A stretch of DNA of 47,525 nucleotides, filler included, from Catajapyx aquilonaris (GCA_000934665.2; 2 parts of 2 records of this genome joined end to end with filler, not necessarily neighbours in it), one strand, 5' to 3'; positions 33,112-46,558 are shown, counted from the whole stretch's first letter. Translations and numbers: made by a program. The notes: a model not told the origin generated them from the letters alone.

Positions 33112-35580
33112 ATAATTATGATGATAGGCCACTGACTTTGTAATCTTCATCATTCTGTGTGAACGAATGTGATATTCACCAAAGGTAATATTTTGGTTGG
33201 CGCTGCTGCGCGATTGATTGTGCTGGAGTGATATCCGCAGTTCTTGGAATTCTTGGAACTTGCAGAATAGAATCCATCCTTGTTGAGATTGGGGTACTTC
33301 GGGACCCATCATATTTCGGTCTGACTGGCCCGACAGTGCACATCATGAATCAAGGGGGTAACCATCACTTCGGTACTCCGGTGTAGTACACCTGCGAGTG
33401 GTACTCCCAGGTACTCCTTAGGTATTCTTTGAATTTGGTACTCTCTAGAGTACACTTTTCAGTCGAGTGGTTACCCGCTTGTCATTAATCTATTTGTTGC
33501 CTCGAAGTTAGCCTCGCCTTGGGCAATAAGTCAACGCTGTCTGCGTGATTTGGTGAATTTACGTTGCTAGTTTTATCTCAGGTTGAAATATTTATATTGC
33601 GATTTACACCGTAACGTCGCGGTCGGCAGAATGTAAACGGAATTCAACAGCATTCCGCTGTGAAGAGTCTCAATCCCGTGAAGATAACTCGTTTTTCCGT
33701 TCAGAAGTTGTTACATGGCTCTCTATTGTGCCAAGTATACAGTACACACTGTAAAAAAAAATATATGTAATTTTACAGTATTTTGCCATATTCTCTCACG
33801 TACGCCCGCGTTGTCGTTAGGGCCTCTCGCCATGTCTTCCTGCATGCTTCCTGCGACAGGGCCGGCTCGGTTCTTGTCACGGACATACTGCCATTACGTA
33901 CGTGTTTCCTCATCAAGTGCTTTATCAGGTCTTCGCACGGTATCATCTCAACCTGTTCCTTAATGATTGCTTTTTTTTTGTCCGCAGGGCCTGTTTGACT
34001 AATTCCATGATCTCCTGCGGTGACTTCCTTGGAAGCCTCTTGGCTGGTATCGGGTCTGGCTGTTATCGTCCACCAAGAATCCTTTTGTATAATAAATTTT
34101 GGGGCTCCTTAGCATCAGGGCTCTAACTAATCCCTTTCCACATTGGTAGAGAGTGGGCGAGCGGCGTCATCGGCCTTCTGGGGGTTTTAATTCTCTGGCC
34201 ACGTGTTCTTTAATACGTATTAATAAGCTGTGACCCTCCTCTCTCTCTTTCAGCTCTGAAATAGCTTTAGCAATGGCATCGTCATATGGGTAAGATGGCC
34301 GAGGCATATTGACTGAGTAAATTTTGACGATTGAGATGAGTAAAAACAAGTACAATGTTAGGATGTTATAAATTATTATAGCGCCAAGGTATAATAGTTA
34401 CGCAAGTTATCTTGCCTCCCTCCTCTTCCCACTCATCGGTTATTCATTATTACTTATTATATTAGAGGTTTTGGGTTAGCTTGTGGCTCCCGTCATCGCT
34501 GCTGACTACCCCTTATAGGGAAATGTCGTGATGGTGTTGTTGTTGTTGTTGTTTTATCAGACCGATTTTGTCAGGCGATATAAACGGACTGAACCAATAG
34601 CATTGTCCGTTTTAGTGAACAATTTCGGTTACTAAGCTGTTCCTTTTAAATGGTCACTTTTCCAGTTATTTTTATGCTGACAGTGAGTGTCAAGAGCAGC
34701 AGATGCTATTATTATGCTATATTGGTTCGAATACGTAGAATCATCCACGATTCTAATCTGTAAGCCGACTCAAATGGCAATGAATTTTCGAATGTCAAAG
34801 AATAAGAATGGACCATTGGAACAACAACTAGGCCTTATTAGATTTTTAGATTTTAACAGGAGATTCCATATTTACACAGTCCAGATCCCCTTAGCAGACT
34901 TCTAAACGGATCTATGGGTTCACACGCACACACGTGGTCTTATGATTTCTTGACACATGAGTCCTTCATGTAGCATGAGGTCCTGCAGTAAAATATTGTG
35001 TAAAATAAATTACCACTCTGCAACGACTATGGATTCGCAGACATTTGGCTTGAATATCTGTGGCGATGGAGGCATTCAAACACCTTCAGTTCTCTATTGG
35101 CTTGTCACCGTAGTCAACATTGCACCAGGTGTCTTTGTGACACCGAAGCAATTTGCGGTTCAAACAGCGAAACATTGCAATGTGATCATCCCATCCACAT
35201 TTTATTCTTGCAAAACACACGCATGATTCTCCAGCTGCACTCGACTGCAGCCTGAGTTAATTATACAAACAGTAATCTTACAGCCCATGACAGCAATTAT
35301 GTGGTGAAGCCACACTTATTTTGCATCATCGCCACGCCTGAATGCTGCCGGTCTGGCTATATATGAGCTGTTGTCCTCTCTCTACCAGTGCATAGTGTAT
35401 TCACCGGCACACTGTGGCGATGCAGTCTGGACACCTGTATTTTGAAGGTAAATGTCGTCCTTGCCAAGACAGATTGGGCTGACCCCACATGCATTAATTT
35501 CATTTCTTGCTGCTCGTTCAATATGTCAAAACCAAAAAGAATAGCTCTCACGTTAGCAATCAGCTAAAGAGAACCACGAT

Positions 35581-35581
<1 letters not shown>

Positions 35582-35651
<70 letters not shown>
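35582..35651. repeat. (AAT)n microsatellite
   Basis: ~23 AAT units. Confidence 0.97.
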
Positions 35652-35652
<1 letters not shown>

Positions 35653-36697
35653 TAAACCTTTCACAGAAGTGTAGTGGCCATTTGAAACATTCGCTTTCAA
35701 CAACTGACCCGAGCATACTTATTTAATCACTGCGGTTGCGTCATCTCTACATAACAGGTCTTTGCTTAAAAAAGAACAAAAATGTTTAGGTCGAGTCATG
35801 AGTAAAGAGTTGACGGCTCAGCTTATCACTGGTCTGAAACTGAAAGAAGTGAGAGAGTTCGTCATTGGCATTAGAAACACGCACTCATAGGCAGTGAAGA
35901 TTATTATCCGTATTGCAAAATCATTTTTTGTAAAGGTACTATAGTAGCATTGCGTACAGTAGCTTATAATTACCGTAATTATGTTTATATTAAAGTGAGA
36001 GTTATTATCACCGCAATGTTGCAAAGAGTTTTCCTATTTGGTGTTTCTCTGCCCGAGACTATTAAACCGCGAAAAGGAGGGAGGATGGAGGAAAGTTGAT
36101 GGACTATAGTAATTATTATTCCTACCCCTGTCACAATGTTTTGGCCTCCCTTTGCTATACTATGATTTTATGCTACTATACTATTACACTAGTATGCTCG
36201 GGTTTACTATACTACACCCTATACATACGTTCATGCCACCAACATTGTTGCCGAGTAATCCCTCGGATACTCACCATACGATATAGGGGTTGTAATAATA
36301 TTGTGTCACTCTTTCACAAGACACATTTGACCAATAGTTGCAACATTTGCCAACACGCGACGTGGAAAAGAAGAAGCAAATAATATTAATCACTATATCA
36401 AAATATTGACGGGTTCTTGTATAGCACGGACTTCATTTTATGATAGTTTCATACATCAGGTTTCAAGTGCAACTCTACACTACATGGTGGTATACTCGTA
36501 TGTACGGTAGGATCATCGTGGGCGATAGTATACCTTCCCATTAACCTCGTTTAATTGAAGTTTACATTAGTATACATTGTATAGTATACATGAAAATGCC
36601 CATGGGCAACTTTCAGCCAAGGAATGTCTTTCTTTCTGCGTCATGTCTTCCAGTCACCAGGTATTGCTTGTCCCGAATGAGCCTATTGTAAGGCATG

Positions 36698-37034
36698 ATG
36701 GGGGAGGCGGAGTGGTGCTGCGGTAACGTATGAGCCCACGGATGTTAAGGTCCCGGGTTCGATCCCAACCCGGGGACACCCCCTTCATCTCGTGCAGAGT
36801 TCAGGGTCACCTCTGGCTTCGTCTCGGGTGGTATTTTCACAGACTAAACCACCCGGGGGAGTTCACTAAAAATGGCCACAGCGTCAGATGCACTGCACCT
36901 TGCACATCCCCTCCTGTCATCCTGCCCGTGGGCCCGGGCGCTTCAACTATAATAGGTTCCAATATTGTATAATAGTTCAAAAATAAAGGTCTGTGTGATA
37001 TACCCCCATTTGGGGGTGAAAGCACTATCCCAGG

Positions 37035-37096
<62 letters not shown>
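36698..37096 (+). mobile_element. tRNA-derived SINE (family B), full length with (ATT)n tail
   Basis: A box TGGTGCTGCGG, B box GGTTCGATCCC, 14-bp TSD TATTGTAAGGCATG (36684-36697, 37097-37110). Confidence 0.88.
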
Positions 37097-37100
<4 letters not shown>

Positions 37101-40100
37101 GTAAGGCATGCGCCGTAATCAACTACAAAAATTCTTGAAGAAAGAAGTGATATTGTCGGGCTGTGATACAAACTGTAATATTATTATATTTAAGGGACAA
37201 TTTTATATTATGAAAAGACGAGATGCGTGGACAATAGTAAGCCTGTGCATTTATTGATTGAAGAACACGACTAACTTGTATGTTAATCTCGAGCGAGGAG
37301 TGATCCGCTATATATCGACCAGTGTATAGTCTTGATCAGCCCATCAACATTGCCCTGTCATGTTGTAAGTATTAGTCTTCTTTCATTTGCATATTTCTGG
37401 CATATCCCTGCATCAGTCTTCGATAGGGTCAGAGGTGTAAGAGGAGGAAGTTATATTTTAAGGCGCACTATATTTGGCTATAGAGGGTTGTGAAGTCGAA
37501 CAAAAAAATTAAATAGCGGTATGCATAACGCCATGCAAATACCTTCATTTCCGATGTTGCTTGAGTTGTACTGTAGATGGGCCAGAAAGCCTGGCCCGTT
37601 CTCATGATCAATAACAATGACAACATGAATCACCAGAGATCGGCATTGTTGGAGGTCAGTAGGCTACACTATGTTCTTCCTTATACGGACTATCCCCTTG
37701 CACTGTGATAAGTGTAGCAACCGGTAGCAACAGGAGGAGTGATGATGATGATGATTATGACCTTTTGACTGTAAAGAGTACGTGGGAGATTTTACTCAGT
37801 GTTACTAGAACATCATGCTGTTGGGTCGGACAATATGATGACTCGTGGGTGACAATAGTACTGATTTGTGAAATAATCCCATGTTTGCCCGTGACGTAGT
37901 GGGCAAGAGTAGGTTCATAAATATGGAGTGTATGAGTCAATATACGTAATATTGCAACGTGTAATTAATACTGTTGATTCCCCACAAAATATATTGGAGT
38001 CCGTAAAAGCCGTCGAGAATATGCGAAGAAAAATTCTTTGATCGTTTTTCAGAGTTCACAGGATTAACAAGAAGGTGTTGTCCATGCCCCTAAAATATGG
38101 GTAATACAGTAAGTACACGTATACCATACTTCTCCGCGGGAGGCAATCTTCCGTTCCGTATCGGGGTGAACGCTGATACGTTCGCCTAAGTTGGCTCTTG
38201 TCAGGCGTTTCCCGCAATGGGTCTTGGTTTCCTATGCGGAATCCATGCAGTCAAAGACTCAAAGTATACCTGCCGCCGTCCATTGTAATTTTAAGTGTCG
38301 GATATGCACTGGGATGATTAAGGGTCAGTGTCGAGACTCGTCTGGAGGCGGCCGTCGGATGATTAATAGATATTGAAGTCCTTCGGTCTCCTGGCGTAAT
38401 GTCACGTTCTTGTCCTCTGTGTCAACATACTCTCTGGATATTCGTCGATTTCTATTAAATGTTGGTCGTCCTTGTGCATCTCAATGAAACCTGGGATGAG
38501 AATAAGGTCGACTCTCTTCGAAAGTGCAGCTGGATGGCTTCAACCTAGAGGGCCCCAACATGCTGGAAGATGGTTCGTCGAGAATGGGGAGAAGAGGCTA
38601 ATTCATATTATAGTCTATGCCTGTAAGTTGGTTTTGGTATATAGCCTGTGCCAGACACGGATTCAATGAATTACAGTAATTGCATGTTCCCTATAAATCT
38701 TATGTGGATCCCAACCTGTGTATTATTAGACCACGACCCCGACCCTCAGGTGACCTCTCGGGGTCATGAGTTGTGACCTAGGGATGTCAGATCTCACAAT
38801 CTGTTACAACTGTTTAATAGACACACAGTCGGACAGTTGAATAATATTCATAGACGGCCTCGGGATCACTACCTAGGAATTGGTCTCATGAGCGACACAA
38901 GTTCGTCATACCAAAATAATGCATGAAAGGTACACTACCTGCACGCCGCCGAGAGCATCATAATATTACGGACACCACTTTGCACGTAGCATGGTGTCTG
39001 CTCAAGGGACTTGTGTCCAATATCCGGATATACGGAGCTACTCTATTACTGTAAATATCAAAATTACGGAGATAAAAGGACTGATTGGACGTCCGTACGT
39101 GCTGCCTATGCTGCTGCTTTTGACTGCCACATGGAGACGAAAAGATATTTTACACCATTCAGTTTAATCTTCATGCAGTACATGTGCGCTTCAATAAACA
39201 CATTTTTCAACTTGTGGTGGAAATGGAGGGAACAAGGGAGAGGTAACTTGTATCAAAATCTAATTTGAATGTAACTTCGCACCTATGATGGCCTTGAGGC
39301 ATGGCAAATCTGAGACGTAAAGGGTGTACAGTACGAGTACATCGGTGAGACATACAGTCTCACCGATGTACTCGTACACCGATTGCGTCATAGCGTAGTC
39401 CGTGGTAGTCTCTGAGAGTAGACCAACCACATAAGACATAACATGCATCATCATGCATAATATCACAAAGTGATTGCATGATGATGCCTCTTCGAAACCG
39501 AATACCAACGTGCATGGCGTTTTTGTCCCAGATCATTTAGAGTGGTATTTCACCGCAACCTTATTCGCGCATTTCATTTCTCCAGATCAAGCAAAATGAG
39601 CATGTCATTACACATTTTGTTCTCAATGACTTGTGTCTTTTCGCAATAGTCTCAGACACATTCCGAACGTTCTGGGATGTAATAGGATTTTTGCATACGG
39701 ACAGCTGGAAGACATCATTAGTCAATATACAAATGAACTCATACCAGTCATACGGCGATTTTCATTTGCGCCCTCTTGATACACGATATCGTACCGTATA
39801 CATAATTAATTATCAAGTGGGCAGGAAGAGACCAGTTTAATTGGCCAGAAGGGTGATGCCAATATCATCAATTGACCACATTATGATGATATTGGTATCA
39901 CGATTCAGATGAATTGTTTGTTTGTGTGTGTGTATGTGTGTGTGGGTCTGCCTTGTGTGTTGCGCCAGAGATTAAATTCCTTCTGTTCTGGTCGCTTTTT
40001 GTTTCCTCTTTTACTCGAAATGACTTCGTTCTTCTGTACTCAAATCACCCAATGGTCTAGGTCTCTAGGAGAATGGAAATTAATCGTATTTGCTGGATCC

Positions 40101-40167
40101 CATGGCCATTGTTGCCATCTATGGTTGCCACCAGCCCACGGACACTCTTACTACGGTACCTTCTGAT

Positions 40168-40432
40168 CTTTGCAGGGGATGCTCACCTGTGAGCGCGATG
40201 AGACATCTCAGAGCTGGACTATGTGGCGACCCTACCGGACTACGCTGAACTTTATAGGTACAAAAGGGAAGTGCTACATTGGGGGACCCAACATGATCGG
40301 CGGGGCCATGTTGGGCCCATATGTAGCGCTTCCCTTTTGTACCTATAAAGTTCAGCGTAGTCCGGTAGGGTCGCCACATAATCCAGCTCTGAGATGTCTC
40401 ATGGCGCTCTCAGGTGAGCACCCCCTGCAAAG
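40168..40432. repeat. Near-perfect 265-bp palindrome (foldback)
   Basis: ~127-bp arms CTTTGCAGGGG...CCCAACATG / CATGTTGGG...CCCCTGCAAAG with ~11-nt loop. Confidence 0.95.
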
Positions 40433-40622
40433 CGCCACGGCAGGGGGTAGGTGGGAGTGACCTAACCTGAGTATTCTAAAACCACGGTTGCCACATATAC
40501 ACACACACCTCAACCGTGGGTTGCCATAAGAATGTCTCGCAAGGGTTAGTTTAGTTTATACCTGTACACTGTGTACAGCCTTACTGACTGAGCAATACGT
40601 TGTTCTAAAATGGACCAGAAAA

Positions 40623-40845
40623 GGGAGACGGAGTGGCGCCGCGGTAACGCGCGCGCCCACGGAAGTTAAGGTCCCGGGTTCAATCCCCACCCGGGGTTCC
40701 CACCTTCTTTCGTGCAGAGTTGGGCCATCTCTGACTTCGTTTCGGGTGGCAATTTCCGATAGACTAAGCCACCCGGGGGAGTTCACAAAATGACCAATTA
40801 ACGACAGCGCACATGCACTTTGCACATCCCCTCCTACCAACCCTG
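40623..40845 (+). mobile_element. SINE family B, 3'-truncated copy
   Basis: Colinear with ~36701-36925 (GGAGTGG.GC.GCGGTAACG...GGTCCCGGGTTC...TTGCACATCCCCTCCT). Confidence 0.85.
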
Positions 40846-41978
40846 GAGTACACTAATAAGATTCCATCTTAACACGCTCCAAAAATACAAATGGTGGTAA
40901 TCCACCACCCCCTAAAGACCTAACAGGTCATTCACGGGGTAAAATTTATATTAAAAAAATGGACCAGAAAATAATAGTCGCATGCTAGCTCAGACTAGGT
41001 CGTCGGAGATAATGTGGAGCCCAAAATTGGCTTAGCATGATAAGGGTCTGCAAAAATACCATGATCGCCCAGCAGAAGTAAATTGTCCCTTATAGAAGTC
41101 GTCCGAATAATTATCAGATCATTTAATCCCCCAGTGCGTCTCTTGATTTTGTTATCAATCGCACAAAACCCATGGGCTTAATGTTCGATATCATTTTGTC
41201 CTCTATGGCTGCCCTTATCCTACGTTTGGAATATTTTTATTGGTGGTAATGGTGCAGTTCCATTTTTATGTCGCTATTCCATTTGGTCTTATTTCGGGAC
41301 AAGATATTGCGCAGTTATTATGCTTTGGAATATGTTGGGCGGTTGGGCATGTCAAATGGGATGAACAGAGACGATGATAACATTATTTTGTGATAATCTG
41401 AGCAGTTCCATTTAAATATGTCGCTTTTCCATACTGATATTTTTGCCGGACAATGACGTACGGTCGTATGATGCTTTGAAATTTGTAGAGACGCGATGAG
41501 ACATGTCTTTTAAAGAATGTACAGAAGAAGGCCTTTCGCACATTCGGCCTCCTGCCAATAAGATTCACTCGCCTCTTATTCGCCTTAACATGCACCGTGT
41601 ATGTAGGTTTACCCTATAATAATGCCTTACCCTATAATAATGCCTGCTAAGTTATTGTGTTGAGGCTGATGAGTATAGCCTGGCAGTGCACCTCATCAAG
41701 TTGTACTCATTCTTCTCTCCGACTCAGCACAGTCAGTTCTCTTCGCGATCCGTTTCTTTTGTCTCCACTTACGCACCATCGTGCTAGAGGATCCCATTAT
41801 AATAAATTATCAGGTGTAGATACTGCTGTGTAGAGCAATAAGTGCATCAGTGCCTCGTGAAAACATTGCAGGATAGACCCTTTTCGTAGGTGACTTGAAG
41901 TGTTACAATGCTACTGTTGTAAACAAAATTATTCTCGTAGAAGAAAATAATGGAATGGTGTTCTCTGCATTGTGTCCA

Positions 41979-44065
41979 GTGATCAAGGTGGTGCACTGTC
42001 CAAGAATGGGTAGGGGGAGAGGTTCGCAATGGCTTACACCTAAAAATCTCTTTAGTGAGTAGCAACCAGTTGGAACCAACAATCGAGGCAACATTCTCCA
42101 GCAACTTCAGAGAAGGAGAACCTATAACCAACTCCCAGCCTTAGAATCAAAGCGTTGCAGTCCTACCTGACCTCGTAGGGTCCATCGAGTGAGTAGAGTA
42201 GGCTGTGCGGCGGAGCAAGCCATCGTCTGTTCCTCGGCCATCGGATCCAAGGAGGAGTAACGGCGGATGGGCAGCCATACATTGGAGACACATGACTTCG
42301 ACGATCAACAATGGCGAGGATGAATCACCTGTTGATGTAATGTTTACACGTTGGAGACACATTACTACGATAAACAATTATTGTCCAGGATGGCTCAATT
42401 GCTGATGTACTGGTATTAGAAATATGAACATACCCGGCTGTCCTTCTTGAAATCTCGTCTTACACATTCTTGTTGACATTGGAGACCCTCTTGACGATCA
42501 CAACCATGATCGAAGATGGCACAACTGCTGATGTATTGGAGGCCTGAATTTGCACGTCCGTCCTACTTGAAATATCGTACAACACTGAATTTATCAGGTT
42601 CAGTTTACATTGGATACCATCTTGAGTCTTGACTACCACAACAATGGTGCAGGATGCCACAACTGCTGATGTATTGGAAATATGCACCGAAGCAGTTTGG
42701 AGGAGGGGATATGGTGTCCGACTGCTAATCGGGAGGTCCTGGTATCAAATCCCGGGGCCGGCAACACTGACCGTGGTTTTCTGTGGTTTCCCACGATCCT
42801 TCAAGGTGGTGATCAAGGTGGTGCACTGTCCAAGAATGGGTAGGGTGAGAGGATCGCAATGGCTTACCCCTAAAAATCTCTTTAGTGAGCAGCAACCAGT
42901 TGGAACCAACAATCGAGGCAACATTCTCCAGCAACTTCAGAGGTGGAGAACCTATAACTAACTCCCAACCTTAGAATCAAAGCGTTGCAGTCCTACCTGA
43001 CCTCGTAGGGTCCATCGAGTGAGTAGAGTAGTCTGTGCGGCGGAGCAAGCCTTCGTCTGTTCCTCGGCCATCGGATCCAAGGAGGGGCGCGGCGGATGGG
43101 CAGCCATACATTGGGGACACATGACTTCGACGATCAACAATGGCGTCGAACACTGACCTTCTTGGGTCCAGTTTGCGTTGAAGACCAAGTTGAAGACACT
43201 CTTGGCGATCACAACCATGATCGAAGATGGCACAACTGCTGATGTATTGGAGGCATGAATGTGCACGTCCGTCCTACTTGAAATATCGTACAACACTGAA
43301 TTTATCAGGTTCAGTTTACATTGGATACCATCTTGAGTCTTGACTACCACAACAATGGTACAGGTTGGCACAACTGCTGATTTATTGGAAATATGCACCG
43401 AAGCAGTTTGGAGGAGGGGATATGGTGTCCGACTGCTAATCGGGAGGTCCTGGTATCAAATACCGGGGCCGGAAACTCTGACCGTGGTTTTCTGTGGTTT
43501 CCCACGGTCCTGCCAGGAAAATTCCGGAGTTGCTTCCGTAACTAATAGGCCACAGCCGCTTATTCCGCCCCTATCCTATCCCAAAGAGCACAGTAAAATG
43601 AAAGCAAAGAGTTCCAGGCAAAACAAACTTCCCACCTAAAGAGCCGATGGCTGATAACGGGGTATGAATTATTATTGTTATTATTATTGGAAGTATGCAC
43701 GTACCCGTCCGTCCTACTTGAAACCTCGTCGAACACTGCCCTTCTTGGATCCAGTTTGCATTGAAGACCAAGTTGAAGACACTCGACGATCACAACCATA
43801 GTCGAAGATGGCACATCTGCTGATGAATTGGAGGCATGAATGTGCCCGTCCGTCCTACTTGAAATATTGTCGAATACTGATTTTATCGGTTTGAGTTTAC
43901 GTTGGATACCATCTTGAGTCTTGACTACCACAACAATGGTGCAGGATGCCACAACTGCTGATGTATTGGAAATATGCACTGAAGCAGTTTGGAGGAGGGG
44001 ATATGGTGTCCGACTGCTAATCGGGAGGTCCTGGTATCAAATCCCGGGGCCGGCAACACTGACCA
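41979..44065 (+). repeat. Tandem higher-order repeat: ~140-bp monomers plus SINE A, in three units
   Basis: 41979-42317 is duplicated at 42809-43146; CACAACTGCTGATGTATTGGA recurs at ~140-bp spacing; SINE heads at 42686, 43397 and 43978 share the same upstream flank. Confidence 0.88.
43397..43684 (+). mobile_element. SINE family A, full-length copy
   Basis: Colinear with 2335-2684 (reverse complement); short (ATT) tail; TSD TATTGGAA(A/G)TATGC. Confidence 0.85.
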
Positions 44066-44947
44066 TGTGCACGTAGCCGCGTGTGGGTGCAGGACTAACA
44101 GTGCAAGAGTTGGTAGCCTACTCCAGAACTCCACGCCTCGCATTGATGGGTAGCGTACTAGCTCACCTGACACCTGAAAGTCTGAAACACTCCTACCGTG
44201 TCAAACGATACGCTTTCAGGCGGGGCGGAGACGTTCGTTCGTGTTTCGTTACGTGTCGGAAGGTGGGTTTATTAACTCTTTTCTTAGAACATGTGGGATT
44301 CAAGATGCATTTTCAGAATCAAACGGATGTGATGCTATGGATGGTGTGGAAGAGGAAAACAACGAGGGTCAGTTTGATGACGCTGATGTTTACCACTAGT
44401 CCAATATGAAGAACCGAAGGAGGAAAAAACAGAATGACAAGCTTAGGTTTTGGGCTAGCTTCTGTCAGACCACATAGTGATTATTTGGTATAGTTGAAGC
44501 ATTTTCAAATTTCAACCTAGTTTCATTTTTCATCATAACTTTATTACTCTTCGTATTACTTTTTTACTTATAAAATGATCTGTACCATTTCACATGTACA
44601 AAAAAATTCATTAAACCTTCCTTTTTGAAGTCAAAATGTGTTCTATTTTTTAGTTATTTATCAAATTAATTTTCAGTTACCCAACCCCATTCTGAAGTAG
44701 TAGTTATAGAATGTCATTCGCTCTTGATGTATGACTTATCAGAAGTTGAAGTCAGTAAAATCTCTCGCTTTAGAAATCTCACCCTCACAGTCAGTGTAAT
44801 TTAAATACCCCTTACACACAAATTAGGTGTACGTGAATTACTGACAATAGGAATTCACATCCTCGTTTGATGCGCAAGACGTTACACCTCCCATTGCCGA
44901 GTTAAGTCTTTCTAGTGAGAGGAACTCTGGTAAACGTCTTCTCTTCA

Positions 44948-45531
44948 TCATATACACTTGTCTGCTTCCTGAGACTTGGCTACTTGCTTCAGTAACTCAA
45001 TCCCTTTCTCCAGACACGTGTCAATCACATGATTCTCTTGCCTTAGCATGTCTATGTAGAAGTTGTCCTGGCAAACAATTAGAACAGACTCATAAATACT
45101 GCAGAAAGCAGAAGTAACATATTGACCTACGGAAGTGAGGTCACACTTCAAACGGGCCAACTCCTGATCTAATATATTGCTGTACTTCATCTTGTGTATA
45201 CTGGTTCTTTTGTACGGCATCCTCAGGTAGTAGTACGTTGTCAGGTATTTTGAAGAGTTCCTCCTCAACCTCCTCCTCATAAACCGAGATGTACGTACAG
45301 ATTTGGCTAGTATGTGCAAATAAATTGTAACTTCTAATTTGAATAAGTTAAAATTCATAACTTGCCTCAAACTTTTTGAATACCTTCTCAATGACCTTTT
45401 CATCTGAAGCTTTGTAGCCTACACTTCCTTGGCCCTCTCTCTTCTGCTATCCTTAATCAATCCATCTTTTTCAAACTGATCCATGGCCACACCCACAACT
45501 TCCGCCACATGTTCCACAAATGCATCTTCTA
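44948..45531 (-). pseudogene. MIS12: Mis12 kinetochore protein-like gene fragment (3 exons, frameshifted, first exon missing)
   Basis: Hand translation: EDAFVEHVAEVVGVAMDQFEK...[fs]...KVIEKVFKKFE | EEVEEELFKIPDNVLLPEDAVQKNQYTQDEVQQ[+TATA]LDQELARLKCDLTS | DNFYIDMLRQEN. This matches the Mis12 IPxNxLLPED signature and its spacing as I recall them. Exons 45366-45531, 45131-45275, 44948-45067. Confidence 0.72.
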
Positions 45532-45585
45532 CTGTAAAAAAGGCGAAAATTATTACTGTCTATAAATTAAAGTATAGCTGGTCGT

Positions 45586-45628
45586 GGAGGCGGAGTGGTG
45601 CTGCGGTAACGTATGCGCCCACGGACGT
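45586..45628 (+). mobile_element. SINE family B head fragment fused to the Helitron helicase remnant
   Basis: GGAGGCGGAGTGGTGCTGCGGTAACGTATG.GCCCACGGA nearly identical to 36703-36742. Confidence 0.8.
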
Positions 45629-45992
45629 GATGAACCTGTCTTCTCACATGGCCAGCTGTATGTGGCACTGTCCCGGTCTCGCAACCCAAGTCAGGTCAAA
45701 GTATTCACTACTCCTACTGCTCAACAAGGAACATTGCTCTCCAACAACAGAGTCTTTACACAGAATGTTGTATATCGCGAGGTTTTATGAAAAAGACTTT
45801 TCTCATGTCCGACCCAAGAAGTATAGCCTACAGTATGTCCACTGATTCAATGCTACTAAAATTTTCAACCCCGTCTTACGACCAGATATACGCTACTTCT
45901 TAATTGTCACTCCGAGAGGCCTCTCATCCCATTTTTTCATTCCCATTGTCCTCATTGCAGGTTTTGCCAAATTTTGGCTACGGGTGCGCTAG
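45629..45992 (+). mobile_element. Helitron 3' remnant: PIF1-like helicase C-terminus plus putative terminal hairpin/CTAG
   Basis: EPVFSHGQLYVALSR...TQNVVYREVL* (45630-45790); GCCAA-ATT-TTGGC hairpin followed by CTAG at 45989-45992. Confidence 0.8.
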
Positions 45993-46322
45993 GTAATATA
46001 TAATACTTTTCTCCCCCTTCTCGGTTCATATACCTTTGGGCACTTGGGGTTCGGGTTCTAGCCTTTTACAAGCACGACAAATCAGCTGGCTTTTGATGTC
46101 TCGCGTGGTCCCTTCCTATAGGGGTTGTTGGAGACATGCCCATTGCATTTTCTCCGGATCCAAAATGGCGTACCAATTACGGCACGAGGCTGAAAATGAT
46201 AACTGCTTACATAACGGTTGTTTCCATAAGCAGTTACAGCTAAGCTAATATGCTCAAAGGAACCTGAATTCTACCAAAGGTTGGCACCCCACCAAAATAA
46301 CCGATTTTGGAGCCCTGTTCAG

Positions 46323-46558
46323 TTTGGCGGCAAAATATTTTGGCTGTCAGGGTTTTTGGCTGTCAGGGCTTTTGGCTGTCGGGGAAATGGCGGCAAAAGA
46401 ATTTGGCTGTCAGGGCTCTTGGCTGTTAGGGAATTGGCGGTAAAGGATTTTGGCTGTCAGGGGTTTTTGCTGTAAAAGGAATTGGTTGTCAGGGGAATTG
46501 GCGGCAAAGGAAAATGTGTGTTGGCGGTAAAAGTTTTTGGCTGTCAGGCAGGCGACCC
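46323..46558. repeat. Tandem short-motif array, probably the subterminal repeats of a DNA transposon
   Basis: Repeated TTTTGGCTGTCAGGG and TTGGCGG(C/T)AAA motifs. Confidence 0.75.

Noticed and set aside
41383..41595. Weak resemblance to a LINE (RTE-type) reverse-transcriptase C-terminal region (RKAFF...IIRP)
   Set aside because: Too short and degenerate to support without a search.
42460..44065. CRISPR-like array (recurring CACAACTGCTGATGTATTGGA)
   Set aside because: The intervening sequences are homologous to each other, spacing is ~140 bp, the context is eukaryotic and there are no cas genes.
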